Counted from the first letter of the stretch, positions 8,169 through 17,898 are shown. The stretch: DNA of 60,583 bases from Candidatus Anderseniibacteriota bacterium (GCA_040876835.1 JBBDOX010000014.1:1-60583), one strand, 5' to 3'. Notes: generated from the sequence alone by a model not told the origin. Translations and numbers: made by a program.

Positions 8169-8591
8169 GTGGATATGCCAGTCACATTGCAGGGTGAGCT
8201 CCCTTTATCAAAGGAGGCAGTTGAACGTTTATGGCAGGCGGTTGTCGATCTGCGATCGATCCAGGATGACTTAGTAGCAGTAGCCTCCGTTAGTGAAGAA
8301 GAGATCCGTGCGCTCAATGCTAAGTATCGTGACAACGACAAAAGCACGAATGTACTGACGTTTTCTTATGGCGAAGGTGAGCATGATGTAGTTATAAGTT
8401 TAGGCGTGGCTCGGCGTGAAGCCCAGGAGCGTAAGACTGCTCTGGAGGACTATGTAGCTCTCCTACTAGTCCATGCTTTTCTACACGCAGCGGGATTGGA
8501 TCATGAGCAGTCAGATACAACAGCTAGGGAAATGAATGAAGCAGAACAGCAAGCGCTGCAAAAGGCTGGATTTGCATCGCTATCATTGTAG
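8169..8591 (+). CDS. ybeY: rRNA maturation endoribonuclease YbeY
   Basis: HAFLHAAGLDHE zinc motif (HxxxHxxxxxH). Confidence 0.85.
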   Translation: MDMPVTLQGELPLSKEAVERLWQAVVDLRSIQDDLVAVASVSEEEIRALNAKYRDNDKSTNVLTFSYGEGEHDVVISLGVARREAQERKTALEDYVALLLVHAFLHAAGLDHEQSDTTAREMNEAEQQALQKAGFASLSL

Positions 8592-8613
8592 AAAATTTGC
8601 TATACTGATCGTT

Positions 8614-9000
8614 ATGAAAGAGTGGCACAAGAGTGGATCGTTTGGAGAAGCTTTACGTTATGCGTGGTCAGGATTTTCTTATGTGATGCGTTCCGAGCCT
8701 AATATTCGCCGCCACTTATATGCGGGACTGCTGGCATTTATTCTTGCCTTCATATTACGGGTGCCAGTGTCACATCTTCTGGTGTTGATTGTAATCTCTG
8801 CAATGGTGTTAGCTTTGGAATTACTTAACACAGCTTTGGAGTTGTTACAGGATTTTGTTCACCCGGAGTACCACGTATCAATTAAGTTAACGAAGGATAT
8901 CACTGCAGCTGCTGTATTGGTTGTTGGGGCCGCAGCCTTGCTTGTCGGAGTAATCATTTTCATCCCGCCCATTATTGCCTTGTTGGCAGGGGGAGCTTAG
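8614..9000 (+). CDS. dgkA: Diacylglycerol/undecaprenol kinase (DgkA family)
   Basis: EPNIRRH, ELLNTALE and DITAAAVL motifs with 3 TM helices. The ORF opens at 8536 inside ybeY; ATG 8614 is preferred. Confidence 0.75.
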   Translation: MKEWHKSGSFGEALRYAWSGFSYVMRSEPNIRRHLYAGLLAFILAFILRVPVSHLLVLIVISAMVLALELLNTALELLQDFVHPEYHVSIKLTKDITAAAVLVVGAAALLVGVIIFIPPIIALLAGGA

Positions 9001-9011
9001 TTGTACAATTC

Positions 9012-10259
9012 ATGAGTATGGCAAAAGCACAGCATATTACCGGTATTGATATTGGCTCAACAACAACACGTGTAATTATTGGTCAGCATGATCATGAAAC
9101 CGGACATCTTTCTATTGTTGGTCTAGGAGAAGCTCCTACCCTGGGAGTCCAGAAAGGCGTTATCTCTGATGTAGATGAGGCAGTCAGTTCCTTAACGCGG
9201 GCACTTGATGCGGCGGAGCGGATGGCGGGGGCTCCTGTTGAGCATGCTTATGTGAGCATTAACGGATCTCATATCGAATCTCAGAACTCTCGAGGTGTTA
9301 TTGCGGTCAGTCGGGCGGATGGCGAAATTACACCGGATGATGTTGACCGGGTAGTGAATGCAGCGCAGGCGATCTCTCTACCTGCCAACCGTGAAATTCT
9401 CCATGTTCTTCCTCAGAACTATGTAGTGGATGGTCAGGAGCATATTCACGATCCTGTAGGAATGACGGGAGTTCGCCTAGAGGTAGAAGCCCATGTTATT
9501 GAGGGATCTGCGCCCTTTATTAAGAACCTTACCAAGGTAGTGAACCAGGCTGGTGTTCATATTGAGGACTTTGTGTTTGCTCCCTTGGCCGCTGCAACGG
9601 CGGTATTGGATAAGCGACAAAAGGAACTTGGCGTTGTTCTGGTTGACCTAGGAGGCGGGACAACGAGTCTGGCTATTTTTGAAGAAAAAATGCTTTTGCA
9701 CACAGCAGTCTTACCGGTGGGGGCATCGCATATCACAAACGATATTGCGATCGGGCTTCGAACTTCTATCGATGTCGCTGAGGCTCTCAAGATGGAGCAT
9801 GGCACAGCGTTACCAGAAGAAGTGAAAGCAAATGAGGATATTACGATTGAGGCTGAAGGTAACGAACAAGAATCTGTCTCACGTAAAGAGGTAGCGAACA
9901 TTATCAGTGCTCGTTTGGAAGAGCTGTTCTCTTTTATTGATAAGGAATTAAAGAATATCGGACGCTCTGGCTTATTGCCGGCTGGTGTTGTGCTTACGGG
10001 CGCAGGAGCGCACATGCCGGGGATAATAGAGGTTGCTAAGAAGCGCCTGCGATTACCCGTACGGATTGGAATACCCCACAAAGAAGTGGTTGGTGTTGTG
10101 GGCAATGTCCAAGATTCCTCCTACGCTACTGGGGTTGGAATGCTGCTGTGGGCAGAGGAGCAGGATCGTTCCAGCTCTCCCCGAGCTAAACTTTCAGTGC
10201 CGAATATTGGTAACAGTGTTCAAAAGGTTCGTGATTGGATGAAGACGTTCCTGCCATAG
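9012..10259 (+). CDS. ftsA: Cell division protein FtsA
   Basis: Actin-fold motifs GIDIGSTTTRVIIG and VLVDLGGGTTSLAIF; located upstream of ftsZ. Confidence 0.9.
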   Translation: MSMAKAQHITGIDIGSTTTRVIIGQHDHETGHLSIVGLGEAPTLGVQKGVISDVDEAVSSLTRALDAAERMAGAPVEHAYVSINGSHIESQNSRGVIAVSRADGEITPDDVDRVVNAAQAISLPANREILHVLPQNYVVDGQEHIHDPVGMTGVRLEVEAHVIEGSAPFIKNLTKVVNQAGVHIEDFVFAPLAAATAVLDKRQKELGVVLVDLGGGTTSLAIFEEKMLLHTAVLPVGASHITNDIAIGLRTSIDVAEALKMEHGTALPEEVKANEDITIEAEGNEQESVSRKEVANIISARLEELFSFIDKELKNIGRSGLLPAGVVLTGAGAHMPGIIEVAKKRLRLPVRIGIPHKEVVGVVGNVQDSSYATGVGMLLWAEEQDRSSSPRAKLSVPNIGNSVQKVRDWMKTFLP

Positions 10260-10436
10260 AGATACAATTCTTTAGCTACTTTCAGCTGTATTCGATCCAC
10301 TTCCAGGTGGGTTTTATTAACTCTCCGTCTTTGCTGTACACTAAGTGTGTACGGAATGAACACCATGAGTGGTTGACATTCCTGATTGTGTTCGTACGCT
10401 TAAGTACAGTTGATCTATTTCCTTATCTACCTAAGT

Positions 10437-11690
10437 ATGCCCTTGAAGAAACCTACGATTGAGAATGTCGCTAACATCAAAGTAATTGGTGTGGGTGGTG
10501 GAGGAAACGCTGCGCTTAATCGCATGGTGGAAGCACGGATTAAGGGAGTGGAGTTTATTGCTATTAATACTGATGCGCAGGCCCTTCATTATTCAGGTGC
10601 TCCGACGAAGCTCCACATTGGTCAGGTAGCAACACGTGGTTTGGGTGCGGGTATGAATCCATCTGTTGGACAGGCTGCGGCCGAGGAGAACAGAGAAGAT
10701 ATTCACGAGCTTCTTAAAGGAGCGGACATGGTGTTCACAACGTGCGGCCTGGGTGGTGGTACCGGCACCGGCGCTCTGCCGGTTATTTCCGAGATTGCTA
10801 AAGAGACTGGCGCTTTAACGGTAGCAGTTGTTACAAAACCATTTTCATTTGAAGGACAGCAGCGCATGACACTTGCTGAGGAAGGGTTGGCAGAGCTGCG
10901 AGATAGAGTGGATGCAGCTGTGGTCATCCCGAACGATCGTCTGCTCCAGATTATTGATAAGAAGACGAGTTTGGTAGATGCCTTCCGGGTGGTGGATGAT
11001 GTCTTACGGCAGGGCGTACAGGGTATTTCTGATTTAATTACGCATCACGGAATGGTAAACGTGGACTTTGCAGATATTCGGGCGATTATGAATAACGCTG
11101 GCTCAGCCCTGATGGGTATCGGGCGAGCAACTGGAGAGAATCGAGCAGTAGAGGCGGCGAGGGCGGCAATTGAGAGTCCGATGCTTGATGTGACGATCGA
11201 TGGCGCTAAGGGAGTAGTCTTTAATATTACTGCTGGGCCTGATTTGCGAATGCATGAAGTTGAAGAGGCGGCTCGAGCAATTACAGAACATGCTGATCCA
11301 AACGCTAAGGTAATCTTTGGGGCCGTTATGGATGCCGATCAAGTTGAAGAGGGCGAGATAAAGATTACGGTAGTGGCTACTGGTTTTGATAAAGCTGAGG
11401 CAGTTGTAAGTCAAAAACAGCGCTACAGCGGTTCTTTGCAATTTCCTCAGCAACAAGAGGTGCGTCCTCTGGGAGTGTTTGGGCAGCCTCACCCCGGCTA
11501 TGTTTCTGAACAACAACCGCAGCCTGCTCGACCCGCTGCGAGTCCATACAGAGTTTCTGCGCCTAAGCAGGAAGCCCCTCGTCCTTCATACGCTTCGCAG
11601 GCGGAAGAGGATGAGGACCTGGAGGTACCAACATTTATTCGTCGAAAAATGCGCGAGCGGCGAGAATCTCGCTCTGACAGAGAAGAATAG
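10437..11690 (+). CDS. ftsZ: Cell division protein FtsZ
   Basis: [17 protein letters not shown] and [13 protein letters not shown] tubulin signature. The ORF opens at 10410; ATG 10437 is preferred. Confidence 0.95.
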   Translation: MPLKKPTIENVANIKVIGVGGGGNAALNRMVEARIKGVEFIAINTDAQALHYSGAPTKLHIGQVATRGLGAGMNPSVGQAAAEENREDIHELLKGADMVFTTCGLGGGTGTGALPVISEIAKETGALTVAVVTKPFSFEGQQRMTLAEEGLAELRDRVDAAVVIPNDRLLQIIDKKTSLVDAFRVVDDVLRQGVQGISDLITHHGMVNVDFADIRAIMNNAGSALMGIGRATGENRAVEAARAAIESPMLDVTIDGAKGVVFNITAGPDLRMHEVEEAARAITEHADPNAKVIFGAVMDADQVEEGEIKITVVATGFDKAEAVVSQKQRYSGSLQFPQQQEVRPLGVFGQPHPGYVSEQQPQPARPAASPYRVSAPKQEAPRPSYASQAEEDEDLEVPTFIRRKMRERRESRSDREE

Positions 11691-11699
11691 CAATTCTCC

Positions 11700-11730
11700 A
11701 CATTCCGCCACAATTGGTGGAATGTTCGTT
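11700..11730 (+). terminator. Terminator-like hairpin after ftsZ
   Basis: 10-bp stem acattccgcc/ggtggaatgt followed by tcgtt. Confidence 0.4.
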
Positions 11731-11741
11731 ACTATACATAC

Positions 11742-13169
11742 ATGAAAGCAGTTCTGGTTTTATTTGCTAGCTTCTGGCTTGTCGGTATTGGGGGAGGAGT
11801 ATTTTTTGATTCCGGACTGTTTGTTTTAATCGTAAGTATATGTGCAGTTATTGTGGCCTCCTGGTATCGTTGGCGGATTCCCGTATTGAGTGCAGCGATA
11901 CTACTGGCCGCCTTAGGGTATCTATGGGGCAATACTGCCTTTGCCTCGTTATCTCAACCGTGTGCTTTAGGTAGTCCATTTGAAGGGAAGATTGCATCCG
12001 TATATCGTCGTCAGGCATCTCAGGCTCAGTACATTGTATACAGCAGTGGGTGCATGGCGTTAGTGCGGACAAGTAGATTTCCGGAGTACCACGCTGGCAA
12101 TGATATTCGCGTAGAGGGTAAAGTCCAGCCGGTGCAGGATATCCCGGCGGAGTATGAAGGATATGCACATTACCTGGCTCGACAGGGAGTTAACGCTACG
12201 GTCTTATATCCTCAGATAACGGTGCTGGCAGATTCACAAACTTTTTTAGGGCGATTGCGCAGCAAACTGGAACACCAAGTTATTTCTATCTTTCGAGTAC
12301 CGGAGGCCGGCGTAATCGCCGCGATGCTGTTAGGACAACGAGGAGATATATCTGAAGAATTAACGGAACAGTTTCAGCGAAGTGGAATTTCACATATTTT
12401 GGCGATCTCCGGATTGCATATTTCGCTCTTTGCGGGTGCACTGCTCGTTTTGACTTATATCCTACCAGTATCTCGTTCAGGACGATTTGTACTAGTGGGT
12501 GGAATTCTCTGGGCATATGTTGTCCTTGTTGGCGCGCCTCCTTCAGCTATCCGAGCCGGAATCTTCTGGAGCGTGGCTCTCTTGGCCCTGGCCACTCACC
12601 GACTCGTTAGTCTGCCGACCTTTCTGGTTGTTGCTGTTGTAGGGTTGGTATCTTTCCAGCCGGCTATGATACAGGATGTAGGATTTCAACTATCTGTTAG
12701 TGCAGTTATGGGTATAGGAGCAATGTTATTTATTGTAAGTCCCTGGCAGCAGGTAATGGGACAACATAAAACTGGTGCATCACTTATTACCAGCGTTGCC
12801 GTAGTGTCTCTTGGAGCAACCCTGACGACTTGGCCACTTGTCTCGCTTTATTTCGGGGGAGTACCGCTATTTGGCATTGTAGCCAATATTCTTGTTGTTC
12901 CGGTTGTCCCTGTTCTGGTGGGTGTAAGTGCTGCAGCTTTATTAATGTCAGTAATATTTTTTCCAGCTGCTTCTATAGCCACTTGGATAGTCCACCTGGT
13001 GTGGATATGGGTTAATGGTAGTTCAAGGCTGGTAGCAAATATTCCTTTCGGGTACCTATCCTTTCGGTTGCCACTCCTAGCAGTTGTTGCGTACTACGTT
13101 ATCCTCGTCATTGTTTTTGGTATTGCTGTTCGTTCGCAGGGACGGACTATGAGAGAGCTATGGCAGTAA
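11742..13169 (+). CDS. comEC: ComEC/Rec2 DNA-uptake channel (N-terminal OB-like region plus competence domain only)
   Basis: SGISHILAISGLHISLF competence-domain motif; polytopic membrane protein. Confidence 0.85.
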   Translation: MKAVLVLFASFWLVGIGGGVFFDSGLFVLIVSICAVIVASWYRWRIPVLSAAILLAALGYLWGNTAFASLSQPCALGSPFEGKIASVYRRQASQAQYIVYSSGCMALVRTSRFPEYHAGNDIRVEGKVQPVQDIPAEYEGYAHYLARQGVNATVLYPQITVLADSQTFLGRLRSKLEHQVISIFRVPEAGVIAAMLLGQRGDISEELTEQFQRSGISHILAISGLHISLFAGALLVLTYILPVSRSGRFVLVGGILWAYVVLVGAPPSAIRAGIFWSVALLALATHRLVSLPTFLVVAVVGLVSFQPAMIQDVGFQLSVSAVMGIGAMLFIVSPWQQVMGQHKTGASLITSVAVVSLGATLTTWPLVSLYFGGVPLFGIVANILVVPVVPVLVGVSAAALLMSVIFFPAASIATWIVHLVWIWVNGSSRLVANIPFGYLSFRLPLLAVVAYYVILVIVFGIAVRSQGRTMRELWQ

Positions 13170-14056
13170 AACGGTCAATGCAGTGGCTTGTTATGGTAGC
13201 TCTCGCCTGTGTAGTGCTTGTGGGCTGGCAACTTCAATCCATTGATAATCGAGTGGTATTTCTTGATGTGGGACAGGGAGATGCAATTTTACTTCAAGAT
13301 GGGAGGCGTCAAATACTGATTGATGGAGGAGCGGGTAATGCTGTTTTGGAACCGTTAGCAGCGCAAATGCCGTGGTTCGACCGCACGATTGATGTGGTGG
13401 TGTTATCACACCCCCAGCAGGACCACGTGGAAGGATTAGTTCATGTTTTCCAGCGCTATGATGTAGGGTTGGTGCTTTTACCGGATGCTTCATACAGCAG
13501 TCAGCTTCAGGAAAGCTGGTTGAATGCAGTTGAGGGGGCAGGTGTTCCGTATCGCTTTTCGTGGTATGGGCAACAGCTGCACGTAGGGGACTTCGCGGTT
13601 AAGGTACTGGGACCGATTGATAGCTCCCAGTCACAAGCGATAATTGCAAAGGATGTAAACAATGCTTCAACAATCATGCGCGTTGATGTGCACGGTCTGT
13701 CACTTCTGCTCACCGGAGATGCCGAAGAGCCGGTGGAGCGTCTGCTTGTACAAACTGTTCCTTCTGAGCTTCTGGATGTTGATGTCCTGAAAGCTGGTCA
13801 TCACGGTAGTAAGACGTCGAATAGTACGCAGCTACTGGCCGCGACAAGTCCGCACTCGGTAGTAATTTCAGTAGGAGGGGATAACAGGTTTGGACATCCG
13901 AGTCCGGAGGTTCTGGAACGCTTGCAGGGGTTGTCAGTATTTCGCACAGATGAGGATGGGTCAGTACAGTTTGTCCACGACGTTAGAGGCTGGAGGGTTT
14001 CCTGTCTGAACAAGACCGAGTTGCGTATTTGGCAAAAATCATGTACACAGGATTGA
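13160..14056 (+). CDS. Membrane-anchored MBL-fold hydrolase corresponding to the ComEC C-terminal domain
   Basis: VFLDVGQGDAILL, LSHPQQDHVEGL, LLLTGDAE, KAGHHGSKTS. Overlaps comEC by 10 nt in another frame. Confidence 0.8.
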   Translation: MAVKRSMQWLVMVALACVVLVGWQLQSIDNRVVFLDVGQGDAILLQDGRRQILIDGGAGNAVLEPLAAQMPWFDRTIDVVVLSHPQQDHVEGLVHVFQRYDVGLVLLPDASYSSQLQESWLNAVEGAGVPYRFSWYGQQLHVGDFAVKVLGPIDSSQSQAIIAKDVNNASTIMRVDVHGLSLLLTGDAEEPVERLLVQTVPSELLDVDVLKAGHHGSKTSNSTQLLAATSPHSVVISVGGDNRFGHPSPEVLERLQGLSVFRTDEDGSVQFVHDVRGWRVSCLNKTELRIWQKSCTQD

Positions 14057-14102
14057 AAATCTTGACCGCGAGGGTTTTTTGAATTCTAATGTAGGTAAGC
14101 AT

Positions 14103-14684
14103 ATGATTGAACAAACACTAGCCATTATTAAACCAGACGGAGTGCAGCGCGGATTGGTTGGAGAAATCCTCGACCGGTTTGAGCGAGCTGGGCTCAAAGT
14201 TGTGGCTATGAAGATGGTCTGGCCAAGCAAGGAAATTGTAGGCCAGCACTATCAGCAGGACGAGACGTATTATAAAACAGTCTGGGTCAAAGCCAAGGCT
14301 GGGGCGGAAGAACGTGGAGTCGAATTTACTGAAAGCCCGCAGGAGCTGGGAGATCGTATTCGGGAAGCGAATATGCGATACCTTGCTACCGGACCTGTCG
14401 TAGCAATGGTGCTAGAAGGTAATACTGCCATTCAAACAGTGCGCAACATCATTGGAGGTACGAATCCGCTTTCAGCTGATATTGGAACAATTCGCGGCGA
14501 CTTAACGATTGATGACTTTTCGCAGGCTGATGTTGAGAGCCGAGCTGTACGCAATTTGATGCATGCATCCAGCGAACCCGATGAAGCAACGCGAGAAATC
14601 AGTCTGTGGTTTACCGAAGAAGAGCTTTACCAGTACCAGACTGTCATGGACAAAGTGCTCCACGATCCATCTTGGGGAGCGTAA
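14103..14684 (+). CDS. ndk: Nucleoside-diphosphate kinase with internal insertions
   Basis: LAIIKPDGVQRGLVGEILDRFERAGLKVVAMK, GPVVAMVLEG, NLMHAS. The ORF opens at TTG 14079. Confidence 0.8.
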   Translation: MIEQTLAIIKPDGVQRGLVGEILDRFERAGLKVVAMKMVWPSKEIVGQHYQQDETYYKTVWVKAKAGAEERGVEFTESPQELGDRIREANMRYLATGPVVAMVLEGNTAIQTVRNIIGGTNPLSADIGTIRGDLTIDDFSQADVESRAVRNLMHASSEPDEATREISLWFTEEELYQYQTVMDKVLHDPSWGA

Positions 14685-14685
14685 C

Positions 14686-14715
14686 AAAAAATCAGCCCAC
14701 AGAGGCTGATTTTTG
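14686..14715. terminator. Intrinsic terminator (A-run/hairpin/T-run) after ndk
   Basis: aaaaaatcagcc-cacaga-ggctgattttt. Confidence 0.7.
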
Positions 14716-14764
14716 TAAGCTAGGATAGGGTAACCTAGGTGGTTGTTTGTGATACATTAAGATT

Positions 14765-15676
14765 ATGGGATTAGAGGATAATTTTTTTGAAAACCCCGGT
14801 CCTTCGCGAGGCAAGGATTTAAGTGAACCACAAGAAAGTCTTATTAGTGTTGATGCTCCGGAACGGGAGGTCGAAGGTGGTTTAAGCTTGCATTTTGACG
14901 AAAGAGGTAATCTCTCTCACTCGGATTCGGGAACTGCGTCGAAAGGACCAGATTCTCGTCAGAGTGGTATCTATTCCGAGGCCGGGTCCTTCCAAAACGA
15001 GGATTTTTTTGATGACGAGAAAGTATTGACTGAAGCGGTACCTGGAGGCACGGAACAAACTGAGCTAGCGGCATTAGAGCAAAGTCCACTGGTGAACGAG
15101 ACGGTTGCGACTAATGAAAATCAAGATGAATTATACAAGCAGTTTGAACAAGCGGCTAAGCTGGGGCGTAGTCTTTTTAACGAATCGCGTCAGAGGACAG
15201 ATGGGGCACTAGCGGCCTATCTTGATCCGAGGGGCTTTAATGACGAGGATGTAAAGGCGCTAGGAAAACAAGAACTATTGTCTCCTGAGAGTGTAGCCGA
15301 AGCTGAACGGGCATCGTTAGCTTTAGCCCTACAGTCAGCAGATCAAATTACTCAGGCGAGACTACCTCAGCAGCAGTCAGAGCACGTATTGAAACGACGT
15401 ACCCTTGAGGTTGAAATTGATAGTTTAGGAAAAGTTGATGGCATGCTTGGTGCTGGGTTTCGGAAAGCACAATCTTGGATACGGGAAGGTAGAGCTAGTG
15501 AAGTTGTTCAAGAAGCGCGTAAGGTAATAGCTCGCAGTCAGAAGATTAGTCCAGATAAAATCACTGCGAGTGATAAGCAAATCCTGGAGTGGGTACAAAA
15601 CACAATTCATGCTGCTGGCAGACGCGTGCGACAACATAGAACAAAGGGCACCCAGCTTCTTCGGGGTGGAAGGTAG
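14765..15676 (+). CDS. Hypothetical protein: acidic low-complexity N-terminal half, helical basic C-terminal half
   Basis: 303-aa ORF with host-like codon usage; no recognisable motif. Confidence 0.5.
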   Translation: MGLEDNFFENPGPSRGKDLSEPQESLISVDAPEREVEGGLSLHFDERGNLSHSDSGTASKGPDSRQSGIYSEAGSFQNEDFFDDEKVLTEAVPGGTEQTELAALEQSPLVNETVATNENQDELYKQFEQAAKLGRSLFNESRQRTDGALAAYLDPRGFNDEDVKALGKQELLSPESVAEAERASLALALQSADQITQARLPQQQSEHVLKRRTLEVEIDSLGKVDGMLGAGFRKAQSWIREGRASEVVQEARKVIARSQKISPDKITASDKQILEWVQNTIHAAGRRVRQHRTKGTQLLRGGR

Positions 15677-15751
15677 TTAGAATGGCGAAGAGTTTCATGA
15701 TCTGTGTTGGGGGGCGTAAGAAAGTTAGATATTACAAGCAGTGAGTATGAA

Positions 15752-15785
15752 AATACCCCAGGTGGCCGGAGTCAGCTGGGGTATT
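15752..15785. terminator. Terminator-like hairpin
   Basis: 10-bp stem aataccccag/ctggggtatt. A U-run exists only on the minus-strand reading. Confidence 0.35.
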
Positions 15786-15894
15786 CTGAGGGCAGCTCTA
15801 GTTCACTTTGGAGCGCTTCTTGCTGTTTCTAAGCTGCTCTGTTTCGAGCAATCTACAAGCAAAGGCGCCTTTGGAAAAAAATATGCTATCATAA

Positions 15895-16683
15895 TTGCAT
15901 GAATGCACTATGTCTGTAGCGAGAATATTAGTGCGAATATTGTGGGTTTTGACACTTCTGCTAGTTGGTGGATTCCCATACGTAATCGACCGAGGCTTCT
16001 TGCTCACTGATATTCAAGGAATTATTTTGTTGCTACTTCTTGTAAGTGTACTGCTTACAAATTTTGGGATGTTTGATGGAGTATATAATGCCAGTAACAA
16101 GAGACGAGCACTTACGCTTGGTATTAGCGGCTTCATGGGTGGGCTTACCTTTGGTATTGCATGGTTGAGCGGTAGTTACGGAACGCCATTGATTCTGGTG
16201 GTCGGTATTTTTGGAATTGTAGCTTCTTATCTTTTCGCTCTCATTGTTAATAAGGTGCTAGATAAATACCCTAAGAGCTTCAGTGCAGTGTTTTTAGTGG
16301 TGATTGTTGTGGCTGTCGTTCCTCTGGTGGCTAGTATTGTCTATACCCATCGAGCTTGGCTTGTTGTTCACCCTGAGCGAGCGGCAGAGCAGTTATGCAC
16401 GCTAACAGGAGTACGGATAATTGTACCGCCCGGAGGTGGACGAGAAGCGGAACCATTTTCAGGGCCACGATACAAGATTCCTACGGACCAGGCTTTTTGT
16501 AATCTTGTGTATCAAACAGTGCATCAACCAATTGTAAAGAAGTTTCAGGCACTAAAAGGGACACCGGAATTTGATAGTTGGTGCAATGACTTTCGTACGC
16601 TAGACCGTTTTGGCACAGCTTCAATTGACGGATTATCCGTTAACTCAAAACGGCTTGTAACGAAGTGTGGGCTACTCAATTAG
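15895..16683 (+). CDS. Hypothetical polytopic membrane protein with a Cys-containing soluble C-terminal domain
   Basis: About 5 predicted TM helices in residues 1-160. An alternative ATG at 15910 is possible. Confidence 0.55.
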   Translation: MHECTMSVARILVRILWVLTLLLVGGFPYVIDRGFLLTDIQGIILLLLLVSVLLTNFGMFDGVYNASNKRRALTLGISGFMGGLTFGIAWLSGSYGTPLILVVGIFGIVASYLFALIVNKVLDKYPKSFSAVFLVVIVVAVVPLVASIVYTHRAWLVVHPERAAEQLCTLTGVRIIVPPGGGREAEPFSGPRYKIPTDQAFCNLVYQTVHQPIVKKFQALKGTPEFDSWCNDFRTLDRFGTASIDGLSVNSKRLVTKCGLLN

Positions 16684-16826
16684 CTGAACAGGTTTTCACT
16701 AACCAGTTCACTGCTCCTGCTGGCCTGTCAGAAAAAGATTGGAATATTCAACTAAGTCCTGCTTTGCCCCCAAGCTTAGTCTAATAGCCGGCAGGGGAGC
16801 GGCAAAAGCAGTAATGTTTCTGTTTG

Positions 16827-16897
16827 TCGGGATGCCGGTGCTCGAAACCGGTTTACATGACCCCCAGCCATGTGTAATACCCATATACCACATCCCG
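16827..16897 (-). tRNA. tRNA-Pro (anticodon GGG), CCA not encoded
   Basis: Manual fold: acceptor CGGGATG/CATCCCG, anticodon stem CATGG/TCATG with loop CTGGGGG, T-arm CCGGT-TTCGAGC-ACCGG. C1-G72, A73 and G37 fit bacterial tRNA-Pro. Confidence 0.8.
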
Positions 16898-16905
16898 TCT
16901 CCTAC

Positions 16906-16933
16906 ACATTAGCGGGAATGAGTAACTTAGCAA
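16906..16933 (-). promoter_or_regulatory. Promoter for tRNA-Pro
   Basis: Minus strand TTGCTA-16 nt-TAATGT, with 8 nt to the tRNA 5' end. Confidence 0.4.
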
Positions 16934-16935
16934 GC

Positions 16936-16965
16936 AAAAAACAGCTCTTGCATGAGCTGTTTTTG
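16936..16965. terminator. Bidirectional intrinsic terminator downstream of rpmB
   Basis: aaaaacagctc-ttgcat-gagctgttttt. Confidence 0.7.
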
Positions 16966-16974
16966 TATTCGCGG

Positions 16975-17163
16975 TTATTTCGCTGCTTTTACTTTGGTGC
17001 GGATGCAGGGCTGGCACGCCAGGACCTTTCTTCCTTCGTGCGCAACTTTCTGTAGATTCGGTTTGAACCGGCGAATAGATGTAACGTTATAATGACCACG
17101 TAAAAGCTTGCGGGTGTGTCCGACTTGATTGCCTTTGCCACAGATTGCACATTCTCGAGCCAT
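16975..17163 (-). CDS. rpmB: 50S ribosomal protein bL28
   Basis: MARECAICGKGNQVGHTRKLLRGHYNVTSIRRFKPNLQKV. Confidence 0.9.
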   Translation of the reverse strand: MARECAICGKGNQVGHTRKLLRGHYNVTSIRRFKPNLQKVAHEGRKVLACQPCIRTKVKAAK

Positions 17164-17256
17164 AGATGTCTTTTAGGAATAGATAATTGGTACCAGAAAG
17201 AGAGATTTCTGGCAAGATCCTTTTGCGCTTCCTTCATTGCTTGGTAGACTGAAGGC

Positions 17257-17898
17257 ATGATGTTTCAGTTATTGCCACCAGTTGTTGATCCTGGACTCCA
17301 GATCGGGGCACTGATTTTAGGGCTGGCACTGGCGATCATTTTGCATGAGGTGGCCCATGGGTGGGCAGCGCTTTATTTAGGGGACCCGACAGCCAAATAC
17401 GCTGGGCGCTTATCACTCAACCCCATTAAGCATGTTGATTTGATGGGAACGATTATCGTCCCGCTTCTGCTTATCGTCTCTGGTACGGGATTCGTCTTTG
17501 GATGGGCCAAGCCGGTACCGGTCAACTATTTTAACTTACGGCACGGGAAATGGGGACCGGTTCTAGTTGCTCTGGCTGGTCCGGCAACTAATTTTCTGCT
17601 GGTGGTCGTTTTCGGACTGGCGGCTCGTCTATCTCCAGAAGGCACCGCCCTGCCATATCTGTTTTCAACTATTGCCATTGTTAATGCGGTTCTGATGTTT
17701 TTCAACCTTATCCCTGTTCCGCCTTTGGATGGTTCAAAAATCCTGTACCTTTTCCTGGAGAAGCGGCCCGATGTTATTCAAATGTTGGAGCGATATGGAT
17801 TCTTCATTCTCCTGTTTTTGTTGGTTATTGGGTCAGGCTTTTTATCGAGGGTGGTATTTGGTCCGGCTTTAAGGCTTGTTCAATTTTTCGTGGGGTAG
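17257..17898 (+). CDS. Site-2 protease family (M50) membrane metalloprotease
   Basis: HEVAHGW HExxH motif inside a TM helix; downstream NLIPVPPLDGSK. Confidence 0.8.
   Translation: MMFQLLPPVVDPGLQIGALILGLALAIILHEVAHGWAALYLGDPTAKYAGRLSLNPIKHVDLMGTIIVPLLLIVSGTGFVFGWAKPVPVNYFNLRHGKWGPVLVALAGPATNFLLVVVFGLAARLSPEGTALPYLFSTIAIVNAVLMFFNLIPVPPLDGSKILYLFLEKRPDVIQMLERYGFFILLFLLVIGSGFLSRVVFGPALRLVQFFVG

Noticed and set aside
15798-16007. Minus-strand 69-aa basic ORF upstream of and overlapping gene 15895-16683, with a minus-strand terminator-like hairpin at 15752-15785
   Set aside because: It starts inside the plus-strand membrane-protein gene and has no recognisable motif. The hairpin alone is insufficient evidence.
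16708-16893. Minus-strand 61-aa ORF
   Set aside because: It overlaps the tRNA-Pro gene and has no coding features.
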